From: Octopus vulgaris
Lineage: Eukaryota
Assembly (NCBI GenBank): GCA_951406725.2
Contig: OX597816.1
Coordinates: 156,488,001-156,552,000 of the forward strand
Length of the DNA: 64,000 bases
Direction of reading: 5' to 3'
Under the pieces are notes generated by a model. The model searched no databases, was not told the DNA's origin, and saw only the letters and a program-made list of their open reading frames with translations. Numbering within the stretch: position 1 is the first letter of the stretch; every line of letters begins with the position of its first letter. Positions 41,041 to 55,409 of this stretch are shown here, one piece after another. A program made the position numbers and the translations under genes.

Positions 41041-42874
41041 AGCTACTTTGTCTTCCCCTTCTTTTCGTCTTCATGACTCTTATCTTCCTTCTTCCTCCTC
41101 CCCTCTCCCCTCTTCAACCTCAGCATCAACATCATCATCCGCAGTAGCTAAAAGAGCCATAGTAGCCGTGGAAATTGCAATGGCAGCATGGACAGCAATA
41201 CAGCAATACGCTCATCTTTATCTCTTTTCAAATCCATTTTCTTATAACTCTTTCCGCTACTTTTCTTTCCTTCCTCTTCCCACAAGTGTTTTCCCCTCTC
41301 TCGTCTATATATCTTTTTTCCACTATATCTACCGCCTTGTTTTTTCTAATAACCTTTTCCTTCGGCTTAAATTTATCAACTGTATATCTCAACCTTTATA
41401 TAAGACATACATCAGACCTAGAAGACCTTTCTTTTGTTTACGTGTTTTTTTCTGATGTTGTCTATTCTGTTTATATTTTTATAAAGAAGATATCAGAAAT
41501 ACAGCCAAGCACAATTTTCTGGTGTTGTTCGTGAAAGTAAATGAAAGTAGAAGCTGAAGTACGTTTTAGAGCAATATTTATAAATACATCTACGAACACA
41601 TATGACTGGAAATTCAATGGAAAATTTACATGAATCCCTTTTCAATTAAGTCCGCACTGTGTTGGAAATGATACCCCTTGACTTTCTGAATATCTTTTTT
41701 TTTTTGTGGAAAGATGTGAGGAACATTTTGAAACTGATTGCATTCGTTTTCCTCGTATTTAAATCTATCTTCACCAGTTTGATTTAAATCTCCAAAATCA
41801 GAAGGACATTTGCATAAATGAATAAAACGATGACAAAAGTGCTTAACGAAACATCGTCCGGCTGTTTACATTGTGAGCTCAAAGATGCAGAGTCGAGTTT
41901 ACTTCTCATTCTCTTGGAGTCAATAAACAAGTACCAGTTGAACGCTAAGTTCGATATATTCGATTTTTTTATTTCCTTCGAAAAACTGCTGGTCTTCTGC
42001 CAAAATATTAGAAAGAACTTTAACATTTTATAGGTAAATTTTGACGCAAACAGTAACAGAACAGCAGAGAAAATTCGAAATGAATATTTATTACTTACTG
42101 AGTGAGAACCATACTACAGAGCTTGTATCATCGTATTTTACTCAAACTACCGACTTTCATTCATTTTCTTAAAACTATGCTTCTTTTACTTTCCACATTT
42201 TAAAGTTGAATCTACACAGTACAGACGTAACTGCATATTTTGTCGTTTGACCTGGAATTTTTAACGAAACTTACTAAGATTTCGTAGTGTTTTTCGTTGT
42301 ACTGGGCTTTCTCCAAAGCGATGCGCATAACGTCTTAGAAAATTAGAAGTTAATTTTTCCAAATTTTTTTACTGAATCTCCATATCTTGCTGCCATTTAT
42401 TCTCTATTTAATCAATATAGAGTACCACGAACGTGGGCCACTAATAAAGAAACCATGGCTACTTTATTCGAGGGTTATATAATTTACTCATTAGTAAAAT
42501 TATATGTTTCTCGTACAGGACGTTACTAGTTTCTTCAATATGTCAGTTAGTATGGGGTTAGGCTTGATGTCGGGTGTTTATATAAATTATTTATGATGAA
42601 ACAATCACTGACGTCATGTCTAGAATTAAGCAGTCAGATAAGCTAAGGATAAAATGAAAACAAAAAAAAAGAAAGAAAACCACGTCTGTTTATACCATAG
42701 ACAGCAACGAATGCTAATTACTTAGTGTAAGATTTTTGTGATAAATGCGAAAAATATTATTTTTTGTTACTGCTAGTCAGCAAAACTCTTAGGAATAATA
42801 TACCTACTCTTCATAGTGGTAAACTTTACCTCCCGACATTTTGCCATTTACCTGAAGGTGTGTCTGAAAAGTCA

Positions 42875-42877
<3 letters not shown>

Positions 42878-42955
<78 letters not shown>

Positions 42956-43225
42956 TGTGTGTGTGTGAATGTGTGTGTGAATGTGTGTGTGTGAAAGTGT
43001 GTGTGTGTGAATGTGTGAGTGAATGTGTGTGTGTGTATGAATGTGTGAGTGAATATGTGTGTGTGAGTGAATATGTGTGTGTGAGTGAATGTGTGAGTGT
43101 ATGTAAGTGTGTGTGAGTGAATGTGTGATCGAATGTGTGTGAGTGAGTGTGTGAGTGAATGTGTGTGAGTGTGTGTGTGTGAGTGAATGTGTGAATGTAT
43201 GAATGTGTGAGTGTGTGTGTGTGCC
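42878..43225. repeat. (GT)n grading into GT/GAGT/GAAT degenerate repeat
   Basis: Directly visible. Confidence 0.9.
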
Positions 43226-45356
43226 TGCATATGAGGAGTAGTAGTAAGAAATATTGGCATGATTGTGAGTCACCGACTCTTCGGCCCGTAGTCAAATGTG
43301 TTGTTTATTTGACTAGGATTCTCTAATGAAATTAGAACTATCAGCTCACAGGTTTTAGAAGTTCCCAATTTACAGCCCATGAAGATTTGATATTTATTTA
43401 GGTAGCACATTCAACACCAAACACCACTTCAAAATACTTAGTTATCTTAGCTGATATACCATAAACCAGTTTTGCATCAGCCTTTAGATAAATCTCTTGT
43501 GTTTTACAACAAATCTACATAATATATTATTTTGAAAATTTTTATTAGTAAAGAACAGTAAAAATATGACTACAAATAAGCTAGTCTTTCCATATATCAC
43601 CAGGGAATTGTATCGTATTTCAAGTCACCTTTGATATTGCTCGGTAACTATGGAAACCGACAATTTCTCTTTTAGTTTCCTTCAATTACATATTTCAGAC
43701 TGTATTAGCAACAATAATCTTCATTTGCTTCCTCCAAAACGTTGAACACCAGTTTTCAATTATTCACTTGTAATAATTTAGCTCCAGATTTGCCATGAAC
43801 AAGCAGACCTATGATCAAAGACCAGCGTTCCACTGATGACCGTCAACTGATTTGTTTAGACATAGAGCAAACAGAGCTACATTATTCAGTCATTATTTTC
43901 TGCTGTTGTTTCCCCCTACGTCACCTTTAGTACTACAGTATTGTAATCAAAGGTGGTCATTCAATGTCCGTTAAGATTTTCATATACTTGAAAATGAATT
44001 GTAGAGTACTCAGATGTATGTGATTAAAAAGTTTGATTCGAAAGAAAGTGGTTTTCAGTTCCCTCTCAGAGCACGTCATTTATATTCAAATTAACTATTG
44101 TTACCACGAAGCCATCGAAGTGAAAATGGTAGATGGAAATTGAAAATCTGTGCAGAAGCTCGTCGAGTGGGAAAACATTTGAAAAACGATGCTCGTTGTT
44201 TATTCATCACGGTCTGTGGAACATAGAAGTTCGAGAAATTGTGATGAGTGAGACAAATAACGTATCGAAAATACGTGGGAAATCATTATTGAAGACTAAA
44301 ACTTTTGAAAGTGATGACCCAGTATAGCCGCTGTTCTATAATGGAAACAAATAAAAAAAATATTCATCCTAAATTTCTATCAATCATTTTCCTTCATTCA
44401 GCTTATTTTTACTCAATTGCTCTTGTAAAATCCTTCATCACTTACTTCTCCACAATTTACCAAGTCATTCACCACTTATTTTTTCATTGAACTAGTAGAT
44501 CTAGCTAGTCTTTCATGTAATCTTTAATTAATTATCTAGTTTAAACTGCTCTACGAAATCTTTCGTAATTCAACTTCTGTTCCTACTCTTTCTACCACCA
44601 ATCAATATACGGTGCACTCTTTCTTATGATTTAAATTTTATACTCCGGAATACGATCACCATATACTAGTTAATTTTCTTATACGCGACTTAATTTCATA
44701 CCGACTTTGATCATGCGAAATTTATAGTTTTCACTCCAATTATCACACACGTGGGGATAAAATATTAATTTGTATTTTCCAGGCGTAAGGCACATGTACT
44801 TTTCTTATTTCGAATCCACTTTGATCACTCAAAAATCAAGATATTTACACCAATTATCGCTCACATATGGATGAAATCAAATATTAGTTTGAATTTTCGA
44901 GGCAAAACTTGCTCGTGCCTTCCGCGAGAAAATTAATGGCGTGTAAGAGCCAAAACACGTTTTATGAGAAATCGATGCTCTTACTTCATTTCTGTAATTA
45001 ATTGGCTCTGAAAAATAAAATACTTCTTCCTTCTTAATGTAAAAAGATGTAGCACGCATTGGTAATTATGAGATTGTGCAACACATATGCATCTATGAAT
45101 TAGATGATGGTGATGATAAGTTACTTGCAGATTTTTGAAGGCATTCCCAGGATCCATTAAAGGGTAACCTATTTTAGCTTCCTGTGCAGAATATGCACAA
45201 AGGGGCGCAGAAGCCACTATGTTGTATATAAACACCTTTATAATTGTTTATCCATGGATACATGTGAACACACACACGCGCGCGCACACACACACATACA
45301 CACACGAACGCACACACGTCTATCAATCTCAGTCTGTCTGTCTGTCTGTCTCTCTC

Positions 45357-45580
45357 TCTATATATATATATATACATATATATATTATATAAAATCCGTT
45401 CTGTCTGTGTGTGTGTGTCTTCCATGATCTCGGGCATCCTCCATCCGATTGCGCTCAAACGTGATATGTAGATACCGACGGTATCAGGGCGTATACAAGT
45501 TTTGAAAAAATTACAAAAAGCGATTCCAGGTGAGAATGCGATCGATAAAGCCGTGGGAACGTGCATTTGTAAAATCATTT
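45357..45580 (+). mobile_element. Possible non-autonomous Helitron-like 5' end
   Basis: TC(TA)n...aaaatccgttctgtctgtgtg...tccatccgattgcgctcaaa resembles 5' regions of invertebrate non-autonomous Helitrons. No 3' end identified. Confidence 0.3.
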
Positions 45581-46577
45581 TTCTTGGAATAGAAGAAAGT
45601 CTATCTATTTATTTTTTTGCTGGCGTCTCAAATTTAGGTTAAATCAGTGTTTCTCAAAGGGGAGGCCTATGGGATAGTCGGACAATTTATGTTGAATGAT
45701 ATTGTCTTCGCCATACATATGGAAAAGACAATATGGTCAAGACTGAAAAAAATTGAATAAAAGTTTGTCTGACCATGGCTGACCTGGGATCTAAAAACCA
45801 TTATGAGAACCATCATTATCCCAAGAAAAATAAAATCAGTTATAATCCATTAACCTAAATTAGTATTGCATTAAGCCTTACAATGCTGTTTAGTAAAAAC
45901 AAATATATATATAGCCCAGGAAAATAGTCAAGAGGATGAAGATATAGATAATTAATATTCTCTCTACCCCTTTTAGACTCAGCAAAACATCTAGGATTCA
46001 AAAGTTAGAGTTGAGATGGCTGCATCAGCACTAGACTTGAGCAACGTGAGAGGAAATGCTTTGCTGAAGCTCACGACGCACTGTCTGGTCAAGGAAATGA
46101 ACTAGCGAATTTAAGATCATAAGCTAATTACCTTACCTGCTGAAGCTACAAGCCTTCAAACACAAAAATATCTCTGGTAGTTAAAGTGCAATACGTACTA
46201 CATAATTAAACTGATGCAATTAAAATTTCCATCAACTGTTTACACATAATTAATACAATTTTTCTTTATTAGTATTTAACGGTTCTTGAGCATCTGGCCT
46301 TATCATATTTGCCTTAAGTTGAAACCTCCACCAAACATCTGTTACATAAATTCCATTATTGTTCCTCAATTTCCGATAACCTATCTACACAATATACTAT
46401 CAGGCCATACTTATTTGCCAGTGACGGTTATGGTTGCCGTTGTTTTTCGTCACTTTCAACCTCTAGAATATCAATTTCTGAAATATCTAACATGCTCTAC
46501 TGATAAATATTTCCGCTACAGTAACTGGTTTACTATATCTCTGTAGAGATGTTTCTGAAACACAAAATTGCTATGTA

Positions 46578-46640
<63 letters not shown>

Positions 46641-47421
46641 GAAAGGGTAGATTCTTTTCAATTAAATTTTGTAGCTATTCGCTAGTAAAACGCAATGATG
46701 ATGATAATGATGAAGATGTGAGTAGTAATAATAATAATAATAATAGCAACAACAATAACAGTTAGAATAATAATAATGAATGGGATAATGCAGTATCAGG
46801 CAGTGGCTCTCATTGCTTCTGATCTTCACTGATTGGAAGTGTTATCATGTACACGTTTTGTCTTGGAGTAAAAGATAGGTTACAACAAATATTCTGATCA
46901 ATACCACAAACTTGCTTCTCAGTGGCTTGACGTTAACCAGCTTAGCATGTCCCTTAGTAGTTGACGATATATGCATCTCTGATCACAAGCAGTCGTGGGG
47001 GACTATAATAGCCATGTGTTCAGAGGAATTCATTGGGGCTTGAATAATTCACTTCTGAAAACCTAACACTATTCCTCCTTAAATAAACGCTATTCAGGGA
47101 CCTTTTGAGTGGGATAGATTACTCGACCTGAAGGAAAAATCTGAACGGGTCCCGCTGTAATGTTGCACAGATATATGGTTATATTGCATGTGCCTGGTGT
47201 ACTCTTATCAGACGGGTAGTCATGATGGGTATATTGGGCTTTGTATATTTGTAATCCAGTATCCAGGGTCTTTGCATTGAGAAATGCAAAAGGAATGTCT
47301 TCTAAATATTAGATATTCGCATTATAATAATTGATAAATAATTTGAGTGTATAATTTTATGATTATAAGTGTGAGTATTTTCTCCTGTCATATCTATCTA
47401 TCTAATCTATCTATCTATACA

Positions 47422-47490
<69 letters not shown>

Positions 47491-47910
47491 GCACATATGT
47501 ATGTACAACGTGTTAGGTGTGGTGTACAGAAATTGAATATTGAGAAAAAACGTCATCAGAATTTTGGAAAAAAAAAACTTTTTATTTCTTCATTATCATT
47601 ATTGCTTTCGTTCCTTTCTCGAACTTGTCAAAACAAAATTTGTGAATGTGTTCGTCATACGAACGAAAGCGCTGATAATAATGAAGGAATAAATAGATTT
47701 TTTTATTCAAAATTCTGACGACATTTTTCTCAATATATGTATTTATACACATACATGACAAGTAAATAGACACCCTAATAATCGTATATATATATATTAG
47801 GGAATAAATTATTATTCCAACCTTACAGGTAAAATTCAGTATAATAATATTAGACCGAATTTCGTAATATATAATATATAATATATGTATATAACTAATT
47901 TAGAGACGAA

Positions 47911-48404
47911 CCACCATTCCACAACTCAGTCAATTAATAATCCACTCCAAAACCATGCTGTGAGACATATACCATTCACAATACTAATCTAAAATTTTGA
48001 TAATTTGACATGAGGAGTGACTGTTTTGGGAGTAAAATCATTTTTACGTTCTAATGAACTTGGCTATAGTTTGCTTATATGATTTTATATAGTCCAAATG
48101 CAGCCATGAAACGCGCGTAGTCGATGTACAAGTACTTAATTTTATAGATTATATTATTGTATTAACTTTTATTGTTCAATTTATACTTTATTTGATTTTA
48201 GATTAATATTTTTATAATGAATGTTTCTTTATATGTTATTCGTTGTGATTTTAAAAGTGCTTTCTCTTATATATTATATGACTGTAATAATCTTACTGTT
48301 CAATATTATATATTATTACAATTTTAGATTAGTATTGTGTATGGTATATGTCTCACAGCATGGTATTGGAGTGGGTTATTCATTGACTGAGTTGTGGAAT
48401 GGTG
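47911..48404. repeat. ~95-bp inverted repeats enclosing a degenerate HHR
   Basis: caccattccacaactcagtcaat...aatactaatctaaaatt vs its reverse complement at ~48318-48404. CTAATGA...tggct...agcca-t-GAAA-cgcgcg-TA at 48051-48119. Confidence 0.7.
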
Positions 48405-48418
48405 TATATATATATATG

Positions 48419-48481
<63 letters not shown>

Positions 48482-48674
48482 AGAAAATGGAGAAATACAT
48501 CTAAATCAATTAACTACCAGATAATATCCAATCACATACTTTATTAAACCACTACATATGAACATCAAGGTCAAACATAATAATGTAGAACAAAACAGTG
48601 TACATGAAGGAGTAATGTGATACAATAAGTACAATATGTATAAGAGAATATAAATAAATATAAATATAAACCAT

Positions 48675-48801
48675 ATCTTACAGCTGTTTCGGCCATGCAG
48701 ATATGGGTGTCTCATTTTGCTCATATTAGCCATGTGTGATAGGTCAATATATAGTTATAAATGAGACACTTACAAAAATATCCAAAGGCCTCTTCGGAGA
48801 T
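48675..48801 (-). ncRNA. Hammerhead ribozyme (CCGAAGA core, long stem II), left arm
   Basis: Minus strand atct-CCGAAGA-ggcc...ggcc-GAAA-cagctg-TA-agat. Confidence 0.65.
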
Positions 48802-49340
48802 TATGAAATACAAACTAAATCAAATATACACCCATACAAGTGTGGGTACATACCCATAATATATCATATACACATACATATGAGTGCATATACTCATACT
48901 CCTATACATATATATATACATATATATAATAATATAAATCAATAAGCATACATATGTTCTATATTCAATGTTACAGTTTTTCAACTTTATATTATGATAT
49001 TACAATGTAGAAAACATACACATATTAATACTCAAATTCAGATATTCAAAGTCAAGTTATATTAATATCAATTAATATAATGTACTCTTGACTTTGTATA
49101 TCTGCATTTGAGTATTAATATGTGTATGTTTTCTACATTGTAATATCATAATATTAAGTTGAAAAACTGTAACATTGAATATGGAACATATGTATGTTTA
49201 TTGATTTATATTATTATGTATATGTATGTATATGTGTATAGGAGTATGAGTATATGCACTCATATGTATGTGTATATGATATATTATGGTATGTACCCAC
49301 AGTTGTATGGGTGTATATTTAATTTAGTTTGTATTTCATA

Positions 49341-49468
49341 ATCTCCGAAGAGGCCTTGGGATATTTTTGTAAGTGTCTCATTTATAACTACATTATGGAC
49401 CTATCACATATGGCTAATATGAGCAAAATGAGACACCCATATCTGCATGGCCGAAACAGCTGTAAGAT
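49341..49468 (+). ncRNA. Hammerhead ribozyme (CCGAAGA core, long stem II), right arm
   Basis: atct-CCGAAGA-ggcc..tgtctcattt..aaatgagaca..ggcc-GAAA-cagctg-TA-agat. GUA site. Confidence 0.65.
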
Positions 49469-50324
49469 GTAGCTTATATTTATATCTATATTTATTTATA
49501 TTCTCTTATACATATTGTACTTATTGTATCATATTACTCCTTCATGTACACTGTTTTGTTCTATATTATTATATATGATTGGTGCCAAACAAACAAGAGA
49601 CGACTACTCTCTGCTTCTCTCTCTCGCTCGCTCGCTCTCACGTACGCACATACTTTATACATACATGCATTTGCGAATGCATGAGAATATTTTACACATA
49701 TATAGACTCCTACATACACAGACACATGCGCGCGCACGCATACACATGCACACACACACACACACACACTCAAACACACACATAGGTGCTGCCTTATTCA
49801 AAGACGTCTCATTTCTGAAAAGGAAAGAGTAATTTCTTCATACTGCTCAATAACATTTTATTTTAAGAAATATATTGTATACAGTTCAACTTACAACATA
49901 TGAGGCAATACATTTCCGATATCGAAACACTTTGAGTTGCTGTAAAATTTGTTCTGGCATTCAAGACATTTTAATAACAGCAGGTGGAAAAGTGGCAGTT
50001 GATACAACTGGTGGTAGTTGATGCAACTACCAAGTAGACAGAAAGATATATACTTATGCACACACACACACATATATGTATACAAGCATGTATATCTCGC
50101 TATCTATTTCTCTTCTCTCTCTTACTCTCTTTCTCTCGCTGTCTCTCTCGCTATATATATATATATATTGTATATATATATGTGTGTATAAATATATTTA
50201 TACATATAAATGTATATATATATGTATACATATATATATATATATACATATATACATTTATATATATATATATATATATGCATACATATATATATTTGTA
50301 TATTTGTGTGTCTGTATATATGTA

Positions 50325-50386
<62 letters not shown>

Positions 50387-50722
50387 ATACGTATGTATTT
50401 TTATACAATGCTGCATGCATATATGTTATGATATATTATATAAATTGACTAGTTTTCCACTATGTCCATTATTCATAATATGAGAAGACATCCGGCCGGA
50501 GGTCTTCAGATGGTATTTCAAATAAGAAACAGCTTCAAGAGAAAACGTTGTAAAAGAATAGTTTATCCTTTGAAATGCCATCTAAAAAACGCCAACGAGC
50601 TCCAATCTTTGAAAAATGGTTAGATGGAACAATGGTAAGTAGCAAACACAAGAGGGAAAAGATAATAAATTATGCATGAATGTACGTGTATGTGTGTGTA
50701 CGTATGTATATATATATGTATG

Positions 50723-50811
<89 letters not shown>

Positions 50812-51029
50812 ATTTACGTATGTATGTACGCAATTTGTTATCACGCAATTACAGTTTCGATACGAATATGTTGTATCTTGTGCCTAAGCACCGTGTAACA
50901 AAGCAACGTCCTTTTGAATAAATTAGATTTGACGGAAACTATTTGAAAACCTGTCGGATAGAATGTATGATCCTTTAATCGATAGATCATCAACCCCTAG
51001 CCTGTGGGTGTTATTTTTCACAGTTAGTT

Positions 51030-51240
51030 GAATGAATTTAGCAATAGTGAGTATGTAAGGTTCATTCATCCTGTTGTCTAATATGTTCGATTCTGATGCT
51101 TTATATATACATATGTATTTGCGTATGTTCACACACACATACAAATATATATATATATTGGTCAGTGTCTTTGATCAATAGGGTATATTGAGAGTGTTAT
51201 AAAATAAATGATACATGGTACTCCAGGAATCTATCTATCA

Positions 51241-51306
<66 letters not shown>

Positions 51307-51540
51307 AAATAAGTCTATCCGACGGTTATGTATTAACTTTACCGTTTATTTACGATACCACTCCTTTCATGATGAATATGGAGATATACGACAAGTCAAG
51401 ATGAAAGAGACATATAGGAGAACTAAATCACGTATGAAAAACTACATTGTTGATGTTAGATGACTGAATTTAACAATAGTAAGTATGTAAGGTTCATTCA
51501 CCCTGTTGCCTAGTTCGTTCGATTCTGATCCTTTATATAT
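51030..51540 (+). repeat. Two ~75-bp direct repeats, each ending at a TA run
   Basis: tgaattta(g/a)caatagt(g/a)agtatgtaaggttcattca...gttcgattctgat at ~51033-51105 and ~51465-51538. Confidence 0.7.
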
Positions 51541-51734
51541 AATACTATGTAATTACCAACGCGGTAGTTCACCTCTTAATCAAGGAATAAGCTATCGGAA
51601 TCTTCTGCAGTCACAAAATTGACTTCTCCTGCCCTCGTTGTCCGTATCCGAAATTTTAGCAATATATTTCTCAATAGAAATATGAATGATTGGTACACAG
51701 TGCTGGTTTCATCTCTATATTGTACATCCGGGAA

Positions 51735-52353
51735 GGCGGCGAGCTGGCAGAAACGTTAGCACGCCGGGCGAAATGCGTAGCCGTATTTCGTCTGCCGTTA
51801 CGTTCTGAGTTCAAATTCCGCCGAACTCGACTTTGCCTTTCATCCTTTTGGGGTCGATAAATTAACTACCAGTTACGCACTGGGGTCGATATAATCGAGT
51901 TTATCCGTTTGCCTGTCCTTGTTTGTCCTCTCTGTGTTTAGCCGCTTGTGGGTAGTAAAGAAATAGATATTTCGTCTGCCGCTACGTTCTGAGGTCAAAT
52001 TGGGCCGAGGTCGACTTTGCCTTTGCCATCCTTTCGGTGTCGATAAATTAAGTACCGCTTACGCACTGGAGTCGATGTAATCGACTCAATTCCTTTGTCT
52101 GTCGTTGTTTGTTCCCTCTATGTTTAGCCCCTTGTGGACAATAAAGAAGTAAGAAACGTTAGCACGCCGAGCGAAATGCTTATCGGTATTTCGTCTGTCT
52201 TTACGTTCTGAGTTCAAATTCTGCTGAGGTCGACTTTGCCTTTCATCCTTTCGGTGTCGATAAATTAAGTACCAATTGCGTACTGGGGTCGATCTAATCG
52301 ACTGGCTCCCCCCCCCCCACAAACTTCGGGCTTTGTGCCTAGAGTAGAAAACA
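51735..52353 (+). mobile_element. SINE family A trimeric copy with 15-bp TSD
   Basis: Three cores. atattgtacat(c/t)cgg at 51717-51731 and 52354-52368. Confidence 0.85.
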
Positions 52354-52604
52354 ATATTGTACATTCGGCCAACAAATCGTACTCGTGCATCTGTGAGAGA
52401 CCAGGCGAACACGTTTCTTCTGAGACATGCTAAAAGCAGATTTGTAGCCGTGAATAATTTCAGCCCCAGCTCTGTATATATGTATATATGATCTCGTGTG
52501 ACGACGAAAGGCAAGTATTTGAAATTGAAGACCTTTCGAGCTCGCTACCCGAAAGCCCGCGAAATATATCACAGGGAGCTTTTGGGATATATATATTTTT
52601 TTCT

Positions 52605-52752
52605 CTCTAGTTTCAGCTCAGAACTGCGGTCATGCTGATGCACCGCCGTTTTGCTACACTGTTATTACTAAGAGCCTCCTCTAATATGTAGCACTTGGTG
52701 AAGAATGGAGTTTGATATAGCTACCCTCATTTGCACCTCTTGCTGTGAAGTA
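52605..52752 (-). mobile_element. CR1-like LINE extreme 3' end
   Basis: Reverse complement acttcacagcaagaggtgcaaatgagggtagct... matches 30715-30865. Confidence 0.65.
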
Positions 52753-54094
52753 TATATATATATATATATATATGAAAAGAGATACTAATGTTGGGAAGGG
52801 GTTGCAGCTCTTTCTAGAATCACTTTTGGGAAAGTGAGTTAAAACATCTACGAACAATCATGGAAAATAAACGAAGTATAGATCCTTTTACACAACGGCA
52901 TCAAAATATAATGTATTTAATGCATTTAAATTCATCCATTTTTCGATAATATGAATTCAGTTCTATGAATTGATTCTTCTAATTTGAAATTCTCTTCTTA
53001 AACTACTACAACGAACGCATATTACTATTGTAAGGTATATAACTTTGATAAAGTCACTGGTTTAAGTCAATAATGTGACGTAAATACTTACAGACGATAC
53101 ATTTAAACTCTTTCGCTGACACTACGCAATTCTCATGCATAATCCAGTCAGATATGGTGGAAAATATATAAATGTTGTTCAAAAGGAATTTCTATAGTTA
53201 GCATGTTCTTATTTATGTTGTTGTCCGGAATTCTTCATGATAACAGCAGCATTGCAGCAAATTATACGGTTGCTAAGATTTCCACAACAAAACTTCGTTA
53301 TCTAATATAGCTAACTAACTAACCCACGACGAGTGCTGCTGCTTTTGCTTCAGATTTTTCTCTTGATTAAATGTCCGAGTATTATCTTTGCACCGCAGAA
53401 ACTAATGAAGTGATAAAGTCCAAACCTTTATATCCATGATAAGCAAAACATCAATAAATATAAAAGAACAGAAACACACATGCTAGCACGCACGCACACA
53501 CACACATACACACACATACACACACACACACAAACGCACACACAAACAAACGCACACACATACAAACACACACACGCATACATACACGTAAATGCAATGA
53601 TATATAAATGCAGTGATGAGGAAACGAAACGGGAATATAATGAACTTACGGACTGAAATAAATATCTAATTATATACGTGAGTGAGTGTGAGTGTGTATG
53701 TGATCGTGTGTGAGAATACGTGTGTGCGTGCGGGCGTGTGTGTGTATGTGTGTGTATTTATACACATACACTTAATACACATGCAAGTATGCTAAATATA
53801 AGAGTGTGATAGTTTAGAGCTGGAAACATGGGTATATATAACTTTATCCCTTTTCTTTCACTTGTTTCAACCATCTGACTGTGGCCATGGTGGGCCAGCG
53901 CCCTGAGGAGTTTTATGCAAACAAATCGACCCCACTTCTCACCATTTTGACTCTGATATATATATATATATCAGAGATAGAGAGAAAGAAATAGCTAGAG
54001 AGTGACAGAGAGAGCGAGAGTGACACAGACACACACACACACACACACAGATGGGGTTCTTTTAGCTTCCGTCTACCAAATCCACACACAAGAC

Positions 54095-55285
54095 TTCCCA
54101 GTTTCAAAATTTAATAGAACCTACAGACATTATTTTATCGTTTTGTCAACACCTGTTTTCAAACTGACGTCCGGTCTGGTCCAGGCACTGCTGAAAACGT
54201 GAAACAATGGAATCACAAACTTCACGAACCAATTTCATTGGTATTTGTGTGCATTCTCGTTCAATGGTTGCTCTCACATTAGCGGCTGTTGGAGGTTTCA
54301 TAGCGTAGAGAATTTGTCGTTTAGATATCCAGTTAAGAAACAGTCAAGTGGTGTGCGGTCTGGTGAGCACGAAGTGTATTCAACGAAACCCCTTCGTCCA
54401 ATTCACCTGTTTGACAAGATCCCATCGAGGAAGGATCTAATGTCGTGATGGTAGTGTTGTGGTATCCCAACTTGCTGAAAATAAAACTCCTCATCTTCAA
54501 AGTTTTCTCTTGACAGACTGTTGCAGGAAGTTCAAGTAAACGGGGTCAGCCACAGAAGCGTGAAAAAAGAATGGTCCAATTAATTCTTTTGGTGATAAGC
54601 TACACCACATTGTATCACCTGGGATGTTAACATGGTATTTTATCATAACATGCGGATTCCCAGGTCCCCAGAAGGTGCAATTGTGGCAGTTAATTGAACC
54701 ATTTAATTTGAATGCGGTCTCATCACTCCACACAATCTTTGTTGGAAAGTGTGCTTCTTCTACACATCGTACCAAGTACCACTTGCAATACAGAACTCTT
54801 CGGTCTGGATATGCATCATTAATAGCATGGACTAATCTTGGAATGTAACTTTTCCATTGACAACATTTGAAAATGCGCTGGACAGACTATTTTAAACTAC
54901 CTACCTCAACACTCGCTCGTCGCACAGATTTTTTTTGACTTTGGTGATACATTTCCAGCTCTCCTTCCTGCTTTGTGGAATTGTTGATGTTCGTGTTCTC
55001 CCGGAACGCTTCTCGTGGACATTCTGAACACTTCCATCGGCTTCAAACTTATCTCTAATTCGAGTGATGGTAAGTCGCGTTGGTTGATCTTTTTGAAATT
55101 CCCTCCTAAACCGTCTTTGCATTTCAACTGCGTTCTCACACTTGTAGTTGCTTTTTAGAATGAATTTCCTTTGTTCAAAGCTTAGTCTGCCATCATTAAT
55201 TCCTATGGGTTTAATCTGGAAAGAAAAAACATCAATTGAGTTAGCTACTAAAGTGTGTGTGAATACATTTTTTCAGGACACCCTG
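54095..55285 (-). mobile_element. Tc1/mariner-superfamily (Tc3-like) transposon with decayed transposase
   Basis: TA + cagggtgtcctgaaaa terminus at 55285. QRRFRREF...PTRLTI.RI.DKFEADGSV...[25 protein letters not shown] and SPDRTPLD motifs, with frameshifts. Confidence 0.85.
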
Positions 55286-55295
55286 TATATGTGTA

Positions 55296-55348
<53 letters not shown>

Positions 55349-55365
55349 GTGTGTGCATGTGTGTG

Positions 55366-55409
<44 letters not shown>

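Larger units (their letters stand above)
48475..49572. mobile_element. ~1 kb non-coding head-to-head palindrome with an outward-facing HHR in each arm
   Basis: 48577-49066 mirrors 49071-49572 (4-nt loop, 6-nt bulge). The left arm has ~100 extra nt, then (TA)n. Confidence 0.9.

Noticed and set aside
43644-43657. RFX X-box-like gtaactatggaaac
   Set aside because: Similar strings occur at ~15829 and ~16544 in what look like old repeat tails, and no promoter or gene is evident.
50444-50590. Additional HHR-like remnant (CTGAAGA...GAAAACTAGTC, minus strand) with a short inverted repeat
   Set aside because: Stem I does not pair and spacing is off; too decayed to call. Similar weak cases at ~38200 and ~51365 were also dropped.
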